The position numbers were made by a program, and so were the translations under genes. Of a DNA stretch of 37,691 nt, positions 1 to 12,429 are shown piece after piece. Location: the NCBI GenBank assembly GCA_000934665.2, contig KZ538990.1:1-37691 (forward strand), given 5' to 3'. The stretch comes from Catajapyx aquilonaris. Lineage: Eukaryota. Every line of letters begins with the position of its first letter. Position 1 is the first letter of the stretch. A model generated the notes under the pieces. It saw only the letters and a program-made list of their open reading frames with translations. It was not told the origin of the DNA and did not search any database.

Positions 1-845
1 CCCACAGGTGGTAAGGCCTCTTTGGCTAGTTACACCAGAAAATTCTATTTAAAAGTCAGAAGGAGCGATTAGGCAAAAATCGCTAAAGAGTGTATCTCAT
101 CAGTAATGATGCTGCCCAGACATAATGACTCCTCTACATAAGTTGATCCTCTGGTGGCTAGGAAGGCAGTCATATACGTCGGGGCACTGAGTTCAGATAC
201 ACCCTGTATACATAATTTAGCCTCAACTCCACCAGTACTTTTCAAAATTGTGAAACTTCTGCGTTGCATGAAGCAAGCGTTGCCTAAATGTAGTTGGTCA
301 AAATGCAAGTAATAAATGCCCACGGAAGTTCTGAATGACAAAAAAAGGGTGAAATGTTGATACACTATAGTTGAAAATGGCTACAACAAAAGTAATGTAT
401 TCAGACATATGTAAAAAGGTTACAAATAATCAGCCCTCTGTTCTGTATCTTTAGTAAAGCTTCGGTGCGATATACTGTAAAAATTTTAATTTTAAGGGCT
501 ACTTGAATTGTGCGTCGTCCACCATGAAGAAAAGGTGAATATGATAGTGTAGAGTCGCGATTTTATTCGGCAGGTAGAGCACCATTGTTTTCTTGTGATG
601 TTGAAAAAGGAAATCAACAATAGAACAATAGGCCTACTGTATATTGAGGCATATAGGCCTGCTGTGGCAGGCTTGTAAGTTATGCTTTTTTTCTCTGCAC
701 CTAATAGCCTTGATTCATTTTGATTACAGCTATTGTCTTCTTTCTGGAACTAATAAAATTCCTCGGCATGGATCACTTCATAAAGGGGTTTTGCTATAGC
801 ATTTTGATATAGTGGCTAACACAAGAGACGTAATTACGAGTACTA

Positions 846-1424
846 TAGCCAAAGGTTACCCTAGAATGCACGTCTAGAACCTCCCCCTTTTCAATTTTCC
901 ACCAATGGGAAATTGGGAAATGGGGTTGCCAGTTGGCATAATTGACATTTTTGAAATAATGTTGTTACTCGTACTTTATCAAACATTTACATACAGAAGT
1001 ACCATACATCATACCTCAATATATTTACATAATGAGAAGCACAAGCACCTGAGTAATATTTCCCTTGCCAGTGGAATGTTATTAATGAGATAATGTTCAC
1101 TTCAATTGGTACCATCACTTCTTCCTTGGATGAGCAAGGGAGGGAGGGAGTAATGGTACCAAGTGAAGTCAACATTATCTCATTAATAACATTCGACTGG
1201 CAAGGAAATATTTACTCAGGTGCTTGTGCTTCTCATAGGTATTTATGTTGAGGTATGATATACGGTACTTCTGTATGTAAATGTTTGATAAAGTAACAAC
1301 ATTATTTAAAAAATGTCAATTATGCCAACAGGCAACCCCATTCCTCCATTTCCCCCATTTCCCATTGGTGGAAAATGGAAAAGTCGGAGGTTCCAGACGT
1401 GTGTTCTAGGGGAACATTTGGCTA
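846..1424. mobile_element. Fold-back MITE, ~580-bp imperfect palindrome
   Basis: 846-~1125 is the reverse complement of ~1137-1424 over its whole length (TAGCCAAAGGTTACCCTAGAA ... TTCTAGGGGAACATTTGGCTA) with scattered mismatches and indels. No coding capacity. Confidence 0.85.
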
Positions 1425-2059
1425 AGTACATGACAAATGCCAAAAAGGGAATTATTCAGTGAATCTCGAGCAACTGGCATTATCCGTGATTTCTATATCA
1501 CATCCTTATTGATGACAATTTTAGCTGACGAATGTGAGCTCAATTCTAAAACACGGATAACTCATCCGATTTGTTAAGTAATTATTAAATATAATGTAAC
1601 AGCCTGAATGCAAGTACTATCATCCTGCACAGTATAATGTATTGCTGTATAAACTAACATAACACTGGAAAATGCAGGAGAAAATCTTTTGGGAAGCAAC
1701 ATTTCTAATAAAACAGGAGCACATTATTATAAAAGTAGCCTACTGATGTCATGGCAGTTCTAGAATCCGTAATTACTAGGAGGCATTGCACTAGTACTGT
1801 ATGTATTATTATTTTAGATACTACTGATGCTTGTTTAGAGTTTAAAACTTTCAGTTTTTATCCGTTTCTTTTACATTATTTTGCAACCAAGCACCAATCC
1901 TTTTGTTGGTGGTGTTTATAAATATTTCTCTGTAATAATAATAATTCTGTTTGCCCTCTCAGCAAGGTAAAGAGGAGCGCAGTCATGCATGGTGTAATCC
2001 ATGCCTCCTCATTGGTCCGCCAGAAGGGAAGGCGAAAGAAACGACAGCTCGAACAAGTA

Positions 2060-2300
2060 CATCACGATCGTCCTCATTCCAGAGCTGGAGCTTCTGAGGT
2101 CGGTATGCTTCCTTTCGTTTGGCCTCAACCAAAGACACTGTCCTTTTGCTGTTTTTGATCACCTCGCAGTCGTTAACCATACTTCAGACTGTTAGGCATA
2201 TTTTTATTTTTTTGAAACGTGCCACCTACTCTCTCGATGTCTTGTACCCACCACACCTATACGTGTGGCAATTTGATTGCTTTTCAGGATGTACTCACCA
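2060..2300 (-). pseudogene. Degenerate LINE (RTE-like) AP-endonuclease fragment
   Basis: Minus frame reads KQSNCHTYRCGGYKTSRE*...*SMVNDCEVI...QKLQLW, resembling the recalled RTE motif TYxSGGxxSQIDY...VKDCKVI...KIKWW. Contains in-frame stops. Confidence 0.5.
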
Positions 2301-3169
2301 GAAGGGATGAATCCTAGTTCTAATCCTAGGACCTACCCGCACTGGTTTTTCAAATTTTGTGTGGTTGGCTGAATTCTCCAGCATGCTCTTAATCCTTCAT
2401 CCGCCCCCGAAATTTAGCCTCCGCCTTTAGCCACCGCATTGAGCCGACTATCGTTGCGAGAGCTTTTTTTGTATCATTTTGATGGGTAGGGGCACCTAGT
2501 TAGATCAACGGCCCCGGAGACGGACCAAGGTCATTAGTTGACTTGAAATAGCTCAATCGTATACAATGCTCAAACTACTGTAGGCTATGTCAATATTGGA
2601 ACTTAAATTTTGATAATATATTACAGTGTCTGATTATGGACAAATGTCAGTTGACAATGAATTCACACCAGTCACAATGTCACTATTGAAATCATATTGT
2701 AGGCCTACCTTTAATTTTTAAAAAATTCTCCCATAATTTGATGGAAAAGTACCAGGTTCCGCATATTTATCACTCTATGACTATGCGAAGATCTCTTCCC
2801 CATTTGAATTGGAGAGTGGTAACACTGTCTAATGAAGAAGGTTGGCTATCCAGAAAAATCGTGGAGCCTGGGAGCTTCTCCGCAGTATTAATGTGAGAAG
2901 CAAATGTGATGCTGTGAATCGGTGCTTTCGGATCCCTACCCATCAAAAACATTGGCATGACTAGCCGAAACGATTGATGCCTGAATAGAATCTCAGCATC
3001 TTTATCTTTCATATCAAATTTTTTAAATAATATATTGTTTTTTTTGCTCGTCAAGTGTGTGAGTAGAAGTATAGTGTAGCTGCAAATTGGCGTCTATACT
3101 GTACAGTGCAGTAGATAGAGGTATCGCGTAAGTGCTATGTTGTAGTCAACCTAAATCTTCATAGGTCTG

Positions 3170-3500
3170 TCTTAAATAATACTTTCATGACCTCCTACAC
3201 CTTCACACTCTTTACCTCTAACCCTTTCCCTTTTCGCAAAGATTCCTGATTTCTGCTGCGGGATATGAGGCATCAATCGAATAAGACACTGACGATTGAT
3301 TAGGACGTCCTCCACTCTTGTAAGCCTGATTTATCTCTCCCTAATATACCAAGGGGTGTAATCGCAGTCAAAGATACAAACAGTCCAAACTAAGGGTTTT
3401 TCCACCATCTAGATTTGCTGGGGAGAAAAACCAATTCCTAGACTGTGTTGAGATTTAACTGCAACTACATGCCAAAAATTGATAGACGGTTGCAAACCAG
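3170..3500 (-). pseudogene. Second, more decayed RTE-like endonuclease fragment
   Basis: Minus-strand pieces in different frames (NLDGGKTL; AYKSGGRPNQ; KECEGVGGHESI) occur in the order expected for NxEGxxIL / TYKSGGR / KDCKVIPGES. Confidence 0.3.
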
Positions 3501-3789
3501 TGTCAGTAATAAAAGGAGCTTCGCATAATTGTTTGCAGGTCTGGAGAATCTACCTTTGTTCACACACGATGAGAAGCGGTTGAGAAAACATTCTTCTTAT
3601 CCCTAACTGTATTGTTCTTGTTTCCTTTTAAAAGCTGCAGTGTCAGGATTGTTGCGCAGAACACGTCACAAAACACTGCCCCGGTGAGGTTGACACTATA
3701 AATATTGAGACTAGAAGTGCGTGGTTGTTAATTCAATGTTCCCCCTGGTGTGCTCAGTTGGCGGGGGTCCCTGATCGGTGACCACAGCT

Positions 3790-3921
3790 ATGGCGTCGAT
3801 ACAAGCAGCTCTTCTCTTGCGCAACAAGAAGAAACGGAAGCGGAACCACGGGTTTGAATTGCCCTCGCATGTGGCCACCAAAGATATCAAGCCCTTTCCC
3901 CCGTACCCGCCAAATAATTGG
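3790..3921 (+). CDS. Putative first coding exon of an uncharacterised small protein (MASIQAALLLRNKKKRKRNHGFELPSHVATKDIKPFPPYPPNNW)
   Basis: ATG at 3790, 44 open GC-rich codons in an AT-rich background, phase-0 GTAGGT donor at 3922. Too short for the ORF track. Confidence 0.6.
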
Positions 3922-4169
3922 GTAGGTGGGCCTCCGCTGTAGCAGCCTACTCTCTTCTCCATTCTCATTTATTTATTTTTATCCCTACGATTAATTAAGG
4001 TCAGGCCTGTCTCCTCCACCCGCTTAAGCCTCCATTTTGTTCTGATAGTGGATGCATAAAATGGTGGCTAGGTGGGAGCATGATGTGGGCCATCAACACA
4101 AATTGCTTGCGCTTGTACGTGCTCAGGAGCACAGACAGGACAAAGCGTGAAAAGAACTGAATATTGTAG

Positions 4170-4233
4170 TCTCAGTGTGCCATACACCGCCTCTTGTGTC
4201 TTCTTGTCGGATGCCTCAGTCTCATAACTCTCG
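4170..4233 (+). CDS. Putative second exon encoding a hydrophobic helix (SQCAIHRLLCLLVGCLSLITL)
   Basis: TTGTAG acceptor ending 4169 (alternative CAG ending 4175) is in phase with exon 1. Candidate GC-AG donor G|GCAAGT at 4234. Read-through would run into a CT microsatellite. Confidence 0.4.
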
Positions 4234-5254
4234 GCAAGTCGCAACTCTATGGCTGGCTGGCAGCACTCTGTTCCTCTAGTAGCTGCATCAGGGCTCTCTC
4301 TCTCTCTCCCCCTCGTTTTTCCTCTTTCCCTCTCTCATTCACACTTTCTTCTTCCTCCTTAACTACTTTGCATGACTTTGTGTCCTCGTTTTTTCTCTGA
4401 CGATAGATCATACACACAACACTTTCACACAACATAGTGATCGTTGGAGGGGGTGGGGGGGAGGTATATGTTTAAATGCCTCTGCTTTCCATTGTTCATG
4501 AGCACAGTAACTAACACTTCCCGCCAATGTGAGTTACTTAGTTCTTGATTACATGGGAAGAAGGGGTGTGGGCTGGCCATCAGAAAACGCCCGAGACTCA
4601 AGACCACGTAGTTTTTTGATATGGTTTTCTTTTACAAACTTTTTCCTAGAGTTTGCGCATCTATCGTAAGATGTCAGTTGTAACTTTTTGTGTCATCAAT
4701 TTTTGTAGTTTTGTTGACTCAGGATGACCGTAGTTGCCTTTGGGACAATGAACCCCGCTGACTAACTAGTTCACCGTATTAGGGAAGGAAAGAGCCCAGA
4801 TGATCATGTGTCAGTTGGGGGTCTGTTATTAGCAAGTCTGTAAGTCATATGATCCAAGTGATCAGGTAAACTTTCTGGCAGCGACCAGCAAGCTTGGCTA
4901 ATTAGGATCATGTGATGGACAGGAATGCATCAGTTACTTCTCAAGTAGCAGGTCCGATCAACATGCATATTTACAAGAGTGGGCAGAAGTGGAGCAGAAC
5001 TTTGGCACAGGGATGTATATCTAAAATAAAATAAAATAACGAGCTGATATATTCACTTTAGTGCTTGTGGTCACAGGTCAAAGGTCACCGCCAGACCCAT
5101 ATAAAGTTTTACGACAATAGCCCCTTTCGATATGGGATGTGCTGGAATTATATTGATATGCTGACGAATATATTCCGGAAATGGAAGAACCAAAATAGAA
5201 AAATATACGTACGGATATCGAGTACAATACTATAGCTATAAATAATTACCATGC

Positions 5255-5337
5255 AGTGTAAAATGCAAGTGGGATTTAATTTTGTGGCTATAATATATAT
5301 ATAGCCACTAAATTAAAACCCACTTGTATTTTACACT
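5255..5337. repeat. 83-bp palindrome centred on a short (TA)n
   Basis: AGTGTAAAATGCAAGTGGGATTTAATTTTGTGGCTAT pairs with ATAGCCACTAAATTAAAACCCACTTGTATTTTACACT with 3 mismatches. Confidence 0.8.
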
Positions 5338-7377
5338 ATGAAGGTATACCGGGTACATTTTTTGAGACTATTGTGAAAGACTTTAGACATGTTGCCACTT
5401 AATATTGTGACGTGAAGGACCAGTGAAGGCTATAGTATTTGCTTATAAATCGAGTTCGGTTATTGTGCCAAGATGAACTCTAGACCATACAGAATTTTTT
5501 ATTTTGTATTCACCACCTCGAAACGGTTTGGACATGTTGACCACTCATTTAATACACGAATAACCCCATATATATTTATAGAACAAGGCACTATCAGTTC
5601 GACTTAGCGTGGAAATGGCAGCCATAAATATTGCCTCACCTGATTTTTTGGCATTACCTATAACGTTGCGAAGCGCGTGACTCTTCCCACCGTGCTTCCC
5701 GCAATAAAAATAGGTGGTGTCATAGGTCATAGTTAACCCTATTCCACAGTTGCTCAAAACTAAAGTGCCCAATAGCCGCCAATAGCCCTGGTGAAATTGT
5801 CATAAAATGCAGTCAGATCTACTGGACTACAAAATCGTGCTCCAGCATTATTATAGACTACTAACTGACACCCACTGGGTGCACAAAAATTACATTGATT
5901 AAGTTCTCTTAAATGTGTACCACTCGTGTCCAGATTTTAATATAATAGGCATTACTAATATGTAAATTATCGTCAGAATTTGGAAACTTATTCACATTGC
6001 TTTATGAGCATTAAAATGTCAAGGACCTGATCGGACCTGATTATGCCATACAAAAACACTACTGGTCAATCTGCCTCCTGAATTCAGAGTCGTGCTAGGT
6101 TCTGGGTTATCATAGTCACAGGATGTTACAGTTACTTATATGTAGAGTCTTCCTGGTACGAGTATTTACAAAAAAAAGAAACACTACCTAATCTTAATAG
6201 GCGAATATTGAGAATAATGGGATTCATTATACTCCAGCTACAAATGAGATAATAAATTGCATATGCGCAGAAGAGTCCCCCGTCGCCACCCCCAGCCCCA
6301 TACTGAACTTCTACGTACACAAGATTAAATAGCTAAGTTAGTTGGTCTACTTTCGAGAGAAAGAAGATAGTCCTTTATGCTCTAACATGAAATAAATCCA
6401 GTGGGGCAAGCAGTAAACACTGTCGTCATACCGATACTTCTTATCACCTTTGATGGTAGATACATTTAAAACTACAAAAACCGTCTCTACCTTCTACCTG
6501 GCATGTTTCAACCACGACTTTCTTTTATTCTTTGCATGCTTGATGGCCTTTTATTCTACAGTAGCTGATGTGATGCAATGACATGTTCGTTTCGGTATAC
6601 TGTCAGGGATAACTAGAATGCTTTCTGCTTTTATCGTTTCTCTTTGTGCTAAGTGTCAGTCCATATGTAAAACGGTGTCCTTTGTTCCAAGGAAGAATTA
6701 CTGTTTGTTGTACATATGTTCATATTTGTCCGAGGATGTCTTCAAACTTTGTAACGACGAAGAAATGTTTTTCCTTTGTCATAGGGGATATGATGCTGAT
6801 TATTCCATGAAAGTATGCAGTTGTATCGCATGTAATGTGTTAGACGACCAGTGTTTCGTTTTCTTATTCCAGTTATTTATACAATCTTGGTTCATCTAGA
6901 CGACGCAGTCTGTTCGATGACAGATTTCTGATAGTAGTGCGATCACTGATCATATTATTTCATTTATTTGGCATTCAAACGCAGCCGGAAAACATCAGAC
7001 GATCACAGTTTAGTCTACGTAATAAATTGCACTACATAATTTTCCTCGGTATAAAACATCAGTTCCATGCAGGACAGTTCTGCCGTAATTGCATGTATAC
7101 AATTTCTGAAACTGGTACAGTAGTTTGTCCCCATTTCTTGTCGTGCATTATACTTGCGAAATCGCAAGTCTAAATTACCGTGGTTAATTTGGAGATTTCG
7201 ATATCAGTATTGAGATAATCACATGTAGCAAAGTTTTGTCATACACGCAGATAACAGGTGCCATCAGGTGCCTCAAACGATCCAGGAAGGGTGGCTGAAG
7301 TACAGTGTTGGACATTAATCGTGTCATACTGCTTGGGACATTTCTGATGCGGCAGAAGTGCAAATCGAAGTAATTTA

Positions 7378-7826
7378 GAGGCACGTTACACGGCAGTATT
7401 GTATCACTTTTCAGAGAGCCGCTTAGAGTCGAGCGATTCATCGTTGCCGTGTAACTTGTGCTAAAGCGCTTCAAAACTCGAAGCGACGTTAGCTAGCGCC
7501 TTAAGATAAACTACCTTGTACAATCGCTTCAAGGGATTAGAAGCAGGTTAATCCTGCCGTGTAACTGGACGACCCTTCAAGAGCGCTCTAAAGTACGTCG
7601 TCAGGTGTCTTTGCAGCTACAGGGATCGCAAAAAAAACTACATAACCCCTAAATAGGGCAACGCTGCTCCCAATCGCTCCCATCTCCAGAGGGGGTGGGA
7701 ATTTGAAGAAGGTGGGGGATATGCGCTAAGGCGCTCCAAGGCCTCTCGTGTAACTCCCTACCGAAAGCGCTCAGAAGTTACGCGGTTTAAGGGGAAGCGA
7801 TACAAAACTGCATTGTAACGTGCCTC
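7378..7826. mobile_element. PIF/Harbinger-like MITE
   Basis: ~33-bp TIRs GAGGCACGTTACACGGCAGTATTGTATC / GATACAAAACTGCATTGTAACGTGCCTC. Flanks TTA and ATA (imperfect 3-bp TSD). Internal TIR-derived CGTGTAAC copies near 7449, 7557 and 7747. Confidence 0.7.
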
Positions 7827-7829
7827 ATA

Positions 7830-7962
7830 GCGTGAGCCGTGCGAGTAAGAATAGGTAGGCCTTGAGTGACGTCACCGACTGGGGAGCAATGGAGAAAAGG
7901 TTTGTCCCCCAGCCAGTGACGTCACCCAAGGGCTACCATTTCTTACTAGCACGGCTCGCAAT
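7830..7962. mobile_element. Small hairpin MITE abutting the Harbinger-like element
   Basis: ~55-bp arms GAGCCGTGCGAGTAAGAATAGGTAGGCCTTGAGTGACGTCAC... / ...GTGACGTCACCCAAGGGCTACCATTTCTTACTAGCACGGCTC. Confidence 0.75.
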
Positions 7963-8839
7963 ATCACTTCGATTTGCACGTCTGACGCATCAGAAAATGT
8001 CACTAGCAGTATGACGGAATTCATGTCCAGCACTGTACGGAATAACCCGCAGGATGACCCACTACATTTATAACAAAACGAACCATAACATGCGATTTTC
8101 TCTGCAGTGAAACCGAAATCGCTAAAATCAACATGGGTCATTTTTCTGGAACAAAGCAAGGAACCTCAATCCGAAGGGAAGTATTAAAATACAAACCTTT
8201 GAGAATACTATGCACTTGAAGTCATTTATTTAATTTTTTGAAGGATTGGTCTTACTGTCCATCTCGCCGGAAATACTACGGTACTGTCATATCTAGTAAA
8301 TGTACGTCATGTATTATTAATAATGTTTTAATTGGATTTTTTCACAATGTACAGTACAGTACAATGCAGTGCAGGAAGCCGCAATACAGGACAGGCGGAA
8401 TTATTTTCCTCTCCAGAAAAATAAACAATTTCATCCTGAAATTGAGGCAACCGCACCCCCGTCTCACGGACAGTATAACCCGCAGGATGAACAGTGGACG
8501 GAACCGTGGACGGAACGAAGAACTCGTTTCTTTCCTGATGGTTCGTCCTTGAAAATACTGGAAGGCTGCCGTATGCTATCAGCTGACCCTCTACGTGACT
8601 TCTTCCGCATATTCATTATCCATTGTTTATTTAGGGAACGAGGGGTGGGGAAGAGACCAATATCAGCAGCAAAAATGGTTTCATATCGACTGTGTAATGT
8701 TTGCATTATAGTGGAAACAAATAAATTACCCATTTTGATATTTGGAATAGTTCTAAATTCAACTGAGAGTCTGTCCATTTTTATTGACACTATTGATTAT
8801 ACCGTATTGTCGTTTTTTCAATGAAAGTTTTAAATGACA

Positions 8840-9097
8840 TTATTTATTTATACCTCATTGGGAGAATCAGCGCTACATTGGGGGGGGGGTGGAATACCAC
8901 CATTGGATGGGGCCAAGGATAGGGAAGGAAGGAGGCGGCTGTGGCCTATTAAACGGAAACAACCCTGGAATTATCCTGAGGGGGACCGTGGAAAACCCCA
9001 GAAAACCACGGTCAGGGTTGCCGGCCCCGGGAATCGAACCCAGGACCTCCCGATTAGCAGTCGGACTCCTTAATAACCACTACACCAACTTGCTTCG
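8840..9097 (-). mobile_element. tRNA-derived SINE, full length
   Basis: A box TGGTGTAGTGG, B box GGTTCGATTCC, (TAAA)n tail, perfect 13-bp TSD GTTTTAAATGACA at 8827-8839 and 9098-9110. Confidence 0.9.
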
Positions 9098-10060
9098 GTT
9101 TTAAATGACAGTAATTGAAACGGCATAAAATGTTCTGTCTAAAAACTACTGATAACGATGACATAAAGCTGATGTATTATAAAGTGTGGAATAACATTAA
9201 TGGTGCTCCGGGTGTCCACTTTACGCGTTATGTTCCAAGTTGCTGATGATCTATAGTAACTTCTGGTTACTTGACCACACTATAGGTAGGCTACTGTCAC
9301 ACTGGACTAATTCGAGAAGATAATATGAGGAATAAAGGACAGCAGGTTATTAGGGTGTCAGGTGGTACTGCCGTTTGATGTCATAGGGTCTCAATGCTGT
9401 CAAGGACCAACAAGAGGACATACGAAAAGGCCTCAAATTACAGTACTGGGGATATTGGAGTTTCAGGTTGGCGTGTAAAGGCTCTATAAAGTGGGACGAA
9501 GTAGTATGGCCCACCGTGACGTCACATTAAAAACCCAATGTGCACTAGCATTTCTTTTTTTTTCTTTTTACTCTAGCGACAAAATTATTGACTAATTAAT
9601 TTAGAATATACGTATAGACCTATCAGAAATCTCCCACAGAAGCTCGAGTTAGTTCAGCGATGTAACGCCATCTTCTAGAAGGCGCGCAGTTATGCAAGAT
9701 GGTGCATTGCCCAAGACCCTAGTTAAAGTAGGTAATACGTGAAGAAGTTATTGATTGTTTACTCCCGGGCAATCGATTTTTTAAAAAAAGCAACTATCAC
9801 GAATGACGACAATATTATAATTCTGTTTCTTACAAGGAGTTGCTTCTCTGCTTAGGACAAACAATCCATATAGCTTTTCCCCTACCGTACTCCTCCTCTG
9901 AACTGAGGGTTTGGGAAATGCACTTGGCGTAATAACAAAAAATAGTGTCATTACCTCATAGAGAAGACAATGCGTATGGGAAACGTCATTATTTGAATAG
10001 TTTAATCCACGAAAAAACTAACATTTGAACATACTATCCTGAATAAATCCTGCCTCAAGT

Positions 10061-10326
10061 GAGAATAAGAAGAGTGGACATGCACAAGGCTCTAAGTGCC
10101 AAAAAAACAAGTTTTGAGATAATCGCATCTCTTTCTTCCGAATTGCATGCTGGAGATACAATATTGTCATTCTTAAACATTTCTTGCAGATAACAGGGTC
10201 AGGCTAGGAGCTTGGAGTATTTTTCACATCATTGTCCATGGGACGTATAGAGAAGCTTACCGTGATAAAGTCGATTTTCTCAATTTTGGCACTTACAGCT
10301 TTGTGCATCTCCACGCTTCTATTCTC
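10061..10326. mobile_element. MITE with ~43-bp TIRs
   Basis: GAGAATAAGAAGAGTGGACATGCACAAGGCTCTAAGTGCCAAAA versus TTTTGGCACTTACAGCTTTGTGCATCTCCACGCTTCTATTCTC. Confidence 0.75.
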
Positions 10327-11412
10327 TTTATTATAGTCTAATGAATGCCCCACTCCGTCCATGAAAATAAGTTCTTGCCCTTATTGATTATCGGTATGGC
10401 AAATTCTTAATGGTTGCATGGATTCAATATGTCCGGCCTCGTTCTTGATATATCTATCACGATCTCACGTATACCCTTCGTGATTCACATGACAGTACAA
10501 ACATGGCCGATTCCATGGCAAATACACATTCCGCTTAGCGCGCGTCCCCCTGACGACTGCTTTTGACACGATTCAACCTATTGAGTTATGCAAAGGTTAG
10601 AAGCGGAAGAAATAAATGACACTCACTGTCAGTAGAGAGGCAACAGTAAGCCCTGTGATGATTATGTTAACTACTTTTATAACATTAACATTATAACTAG
10701 CAAGTGTATCTACCACTACTGCGTAGTGCAGTGACTTTTTCTACTGGGAAATGAAAATCCATATCGACCATGCAGAGTAACTAATCTCACTACAAGCCCC
10801 ACGTACAGTAGGTGGATTGCCAAATGTACATAATTTCCCTATGAACTTGTGTACAGTACCAGCGTTATCTTTACAGTCTCGTAATCGTGGCCCATTGCAC
10901 GGCACACTTTCATGCACATACCTGCAGAGATTTTATCACATTCTTTAATGATGTTGGTCTTCAGAAACCGCAGGGACTTCGCCTCACGTTCACACGATTT
11001 GATGAATAATTAATAGTGCCACAACAAAGCTGCCGACTGGTAAGTAACATAACTTTGCCTGGCAGGGGCATCTTTACCAGCAGGGACATGCCAGAATCGT
11101 TGGCACCAATAAGGCAGTGCGTATAGGTTACTCTAGGACAAAACGGGCACATTTTGTTACGTATTTATGCATGACGTGACTTGAACCGTAATTTATAAAA
11201 CCTTATATAACATTTTTTATTTTGGCCCATTATGCATTGTGTCGGCACGATTGAATTTAATGAAGGTATAACTAGTGTCGATGGCAAGAAAAATGCTGCG
11301 ATTTCGTGAGCTTTGAAGATGTGTAATTTATTAGGACCAAATATGCCGTGGGTAATTTTGCAAGATGTGATGGCGAATTTAATGCCCCTCAGGCTGTTGT
11401 TTATACTGTAGT

Positions 11413-11660
11413 GGGTGGTATGGTGGTGTAATAGTTATCGCCACAGCCTTTGCACCTTCGGGTTCAGGAATTTCTCAGGTGAAAAGAGTTTCAGTGGGTT
11501 CTCTCTGTGTTCGTGTGGGCTTACTAGGGGTTCTCCCGTTTCCTCCCACAATCAAAATCCATCAGCAAAGTCAATTATTAAATTCAATCATTTAAAATGT
11601 GATCCCCTAAAGGCCCCAGTATATGTCCCAGGGGTAGGACAACCCCAGTAATTATTATTA
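11413..11660 (+). mobile_element. V-domain-like tRNA-derived SINE, copy 1
   Basis: Degenerate tRNA head, core GTTCTCTCTGTGTTCGTGTGGGCTT...CCGTTTCCTCCCACAATCAAAA resembling the V-SINE domain, short (TTA)n tail. Homologous to 18846-19166 and 36986-37240. Confidence 0.75.
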
Positions 11661-12094
11661 GTACGTGTACCATAAATATTATTCTTGTAATAATTGCCGT
11701 TGTTTACTAGTGATATGTGTAGGGAAACAAAGCTTCTGTGTTGAAAAATTCGCTGATGGTTGTTTGATGATTATGGGAATCTATAGTAGATATAATAGTT
11801 ATCTCTGGATGCCTCCTCAGGTAAAACTTCCTCTGCATAAACCCTATACATGATTAATTTATTGAATTTTTATAGTGCAAAGCAGCACAGGCTAAGCTGC
11901 GGACACACTCTGTGATTATCTTAATCATATCATTCTGTCTGACTAAGTGCCAGATTTTCTTGTCCCTGGGCGGAGAAGGGAAAGAAAGTCTGCCTGGACA
12001 CGGGAAAATCAGGATATGACCTTCACAATAGCAGGTACCGGGATCTGGAGTAAGAACCTCAAATATCCCCTTGCGTTACTCCTAGACCTTCCTC

Positions 12095-12118
12095 ACCTAA
12101 CATAACCTAACCTAACCC
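12095..12118. repeat. Short (CCTAA)n tract, the arthropod telomere-type motif, probably TE-internal
   Basis: ACCTAACATAACCTAACCTAACCC. Confidence 0.5.
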
Positions 12119-12254
12119 ACATTGGAGCCATAATATAACAATGCAATCTGCCAAGTTAGGTTTAACATCAGGATAGTAGCATAATGATGCATTTGAAGCC
12201 ATTTTGCTACAGGTCGCGGCCATTTACTCGATCACGAATACACCGAAATGGTCC

Positions 12255-12429
12255 ACTAGGTGCAATATTACCAGCACAATAACATTGATCACATGATATT
12301 ACACTTCACAACGTGGAGAAATTATATTAGAATCAAATTAAATAACTCAAAAGAACCACAGGAATTATTATGTTGAGATGTAACCATATGATTAATGTGT
12401 GCCGATGTTGGTAATGCTGCACATCTAGT
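12255..12429. mobile_element. Degenerate MITE
   Basis: ACTAGGTGCAATATTACCAGCAC...CATTGATCACATG is inverted at CATATGATTAATG...GTTGGTAATGCTGCACATCTAGT. Confidence 0.55.

Noticed and set aside
5545..5772. ORF with YDTTYFYCGKHGGKSHA, resembling GCDTTSxFxGxGK motifs of TE-derived nucleases
   Set aside because: A single short degenerate motif with no supporting context.
6600..7350. Coding-looking stretch on the minus strand
   Set aside because: The frames I read have frequent stops and I recognise no motif.
12213..12259. Possible phase 0-2 exon (VAAIYSITNTPKWSTR) linking 3921 to 15736
   Set aside because: The donor (AG|GTGCAA) is weak and overlaps a MITE terminus. Not excluded, but unsupported.
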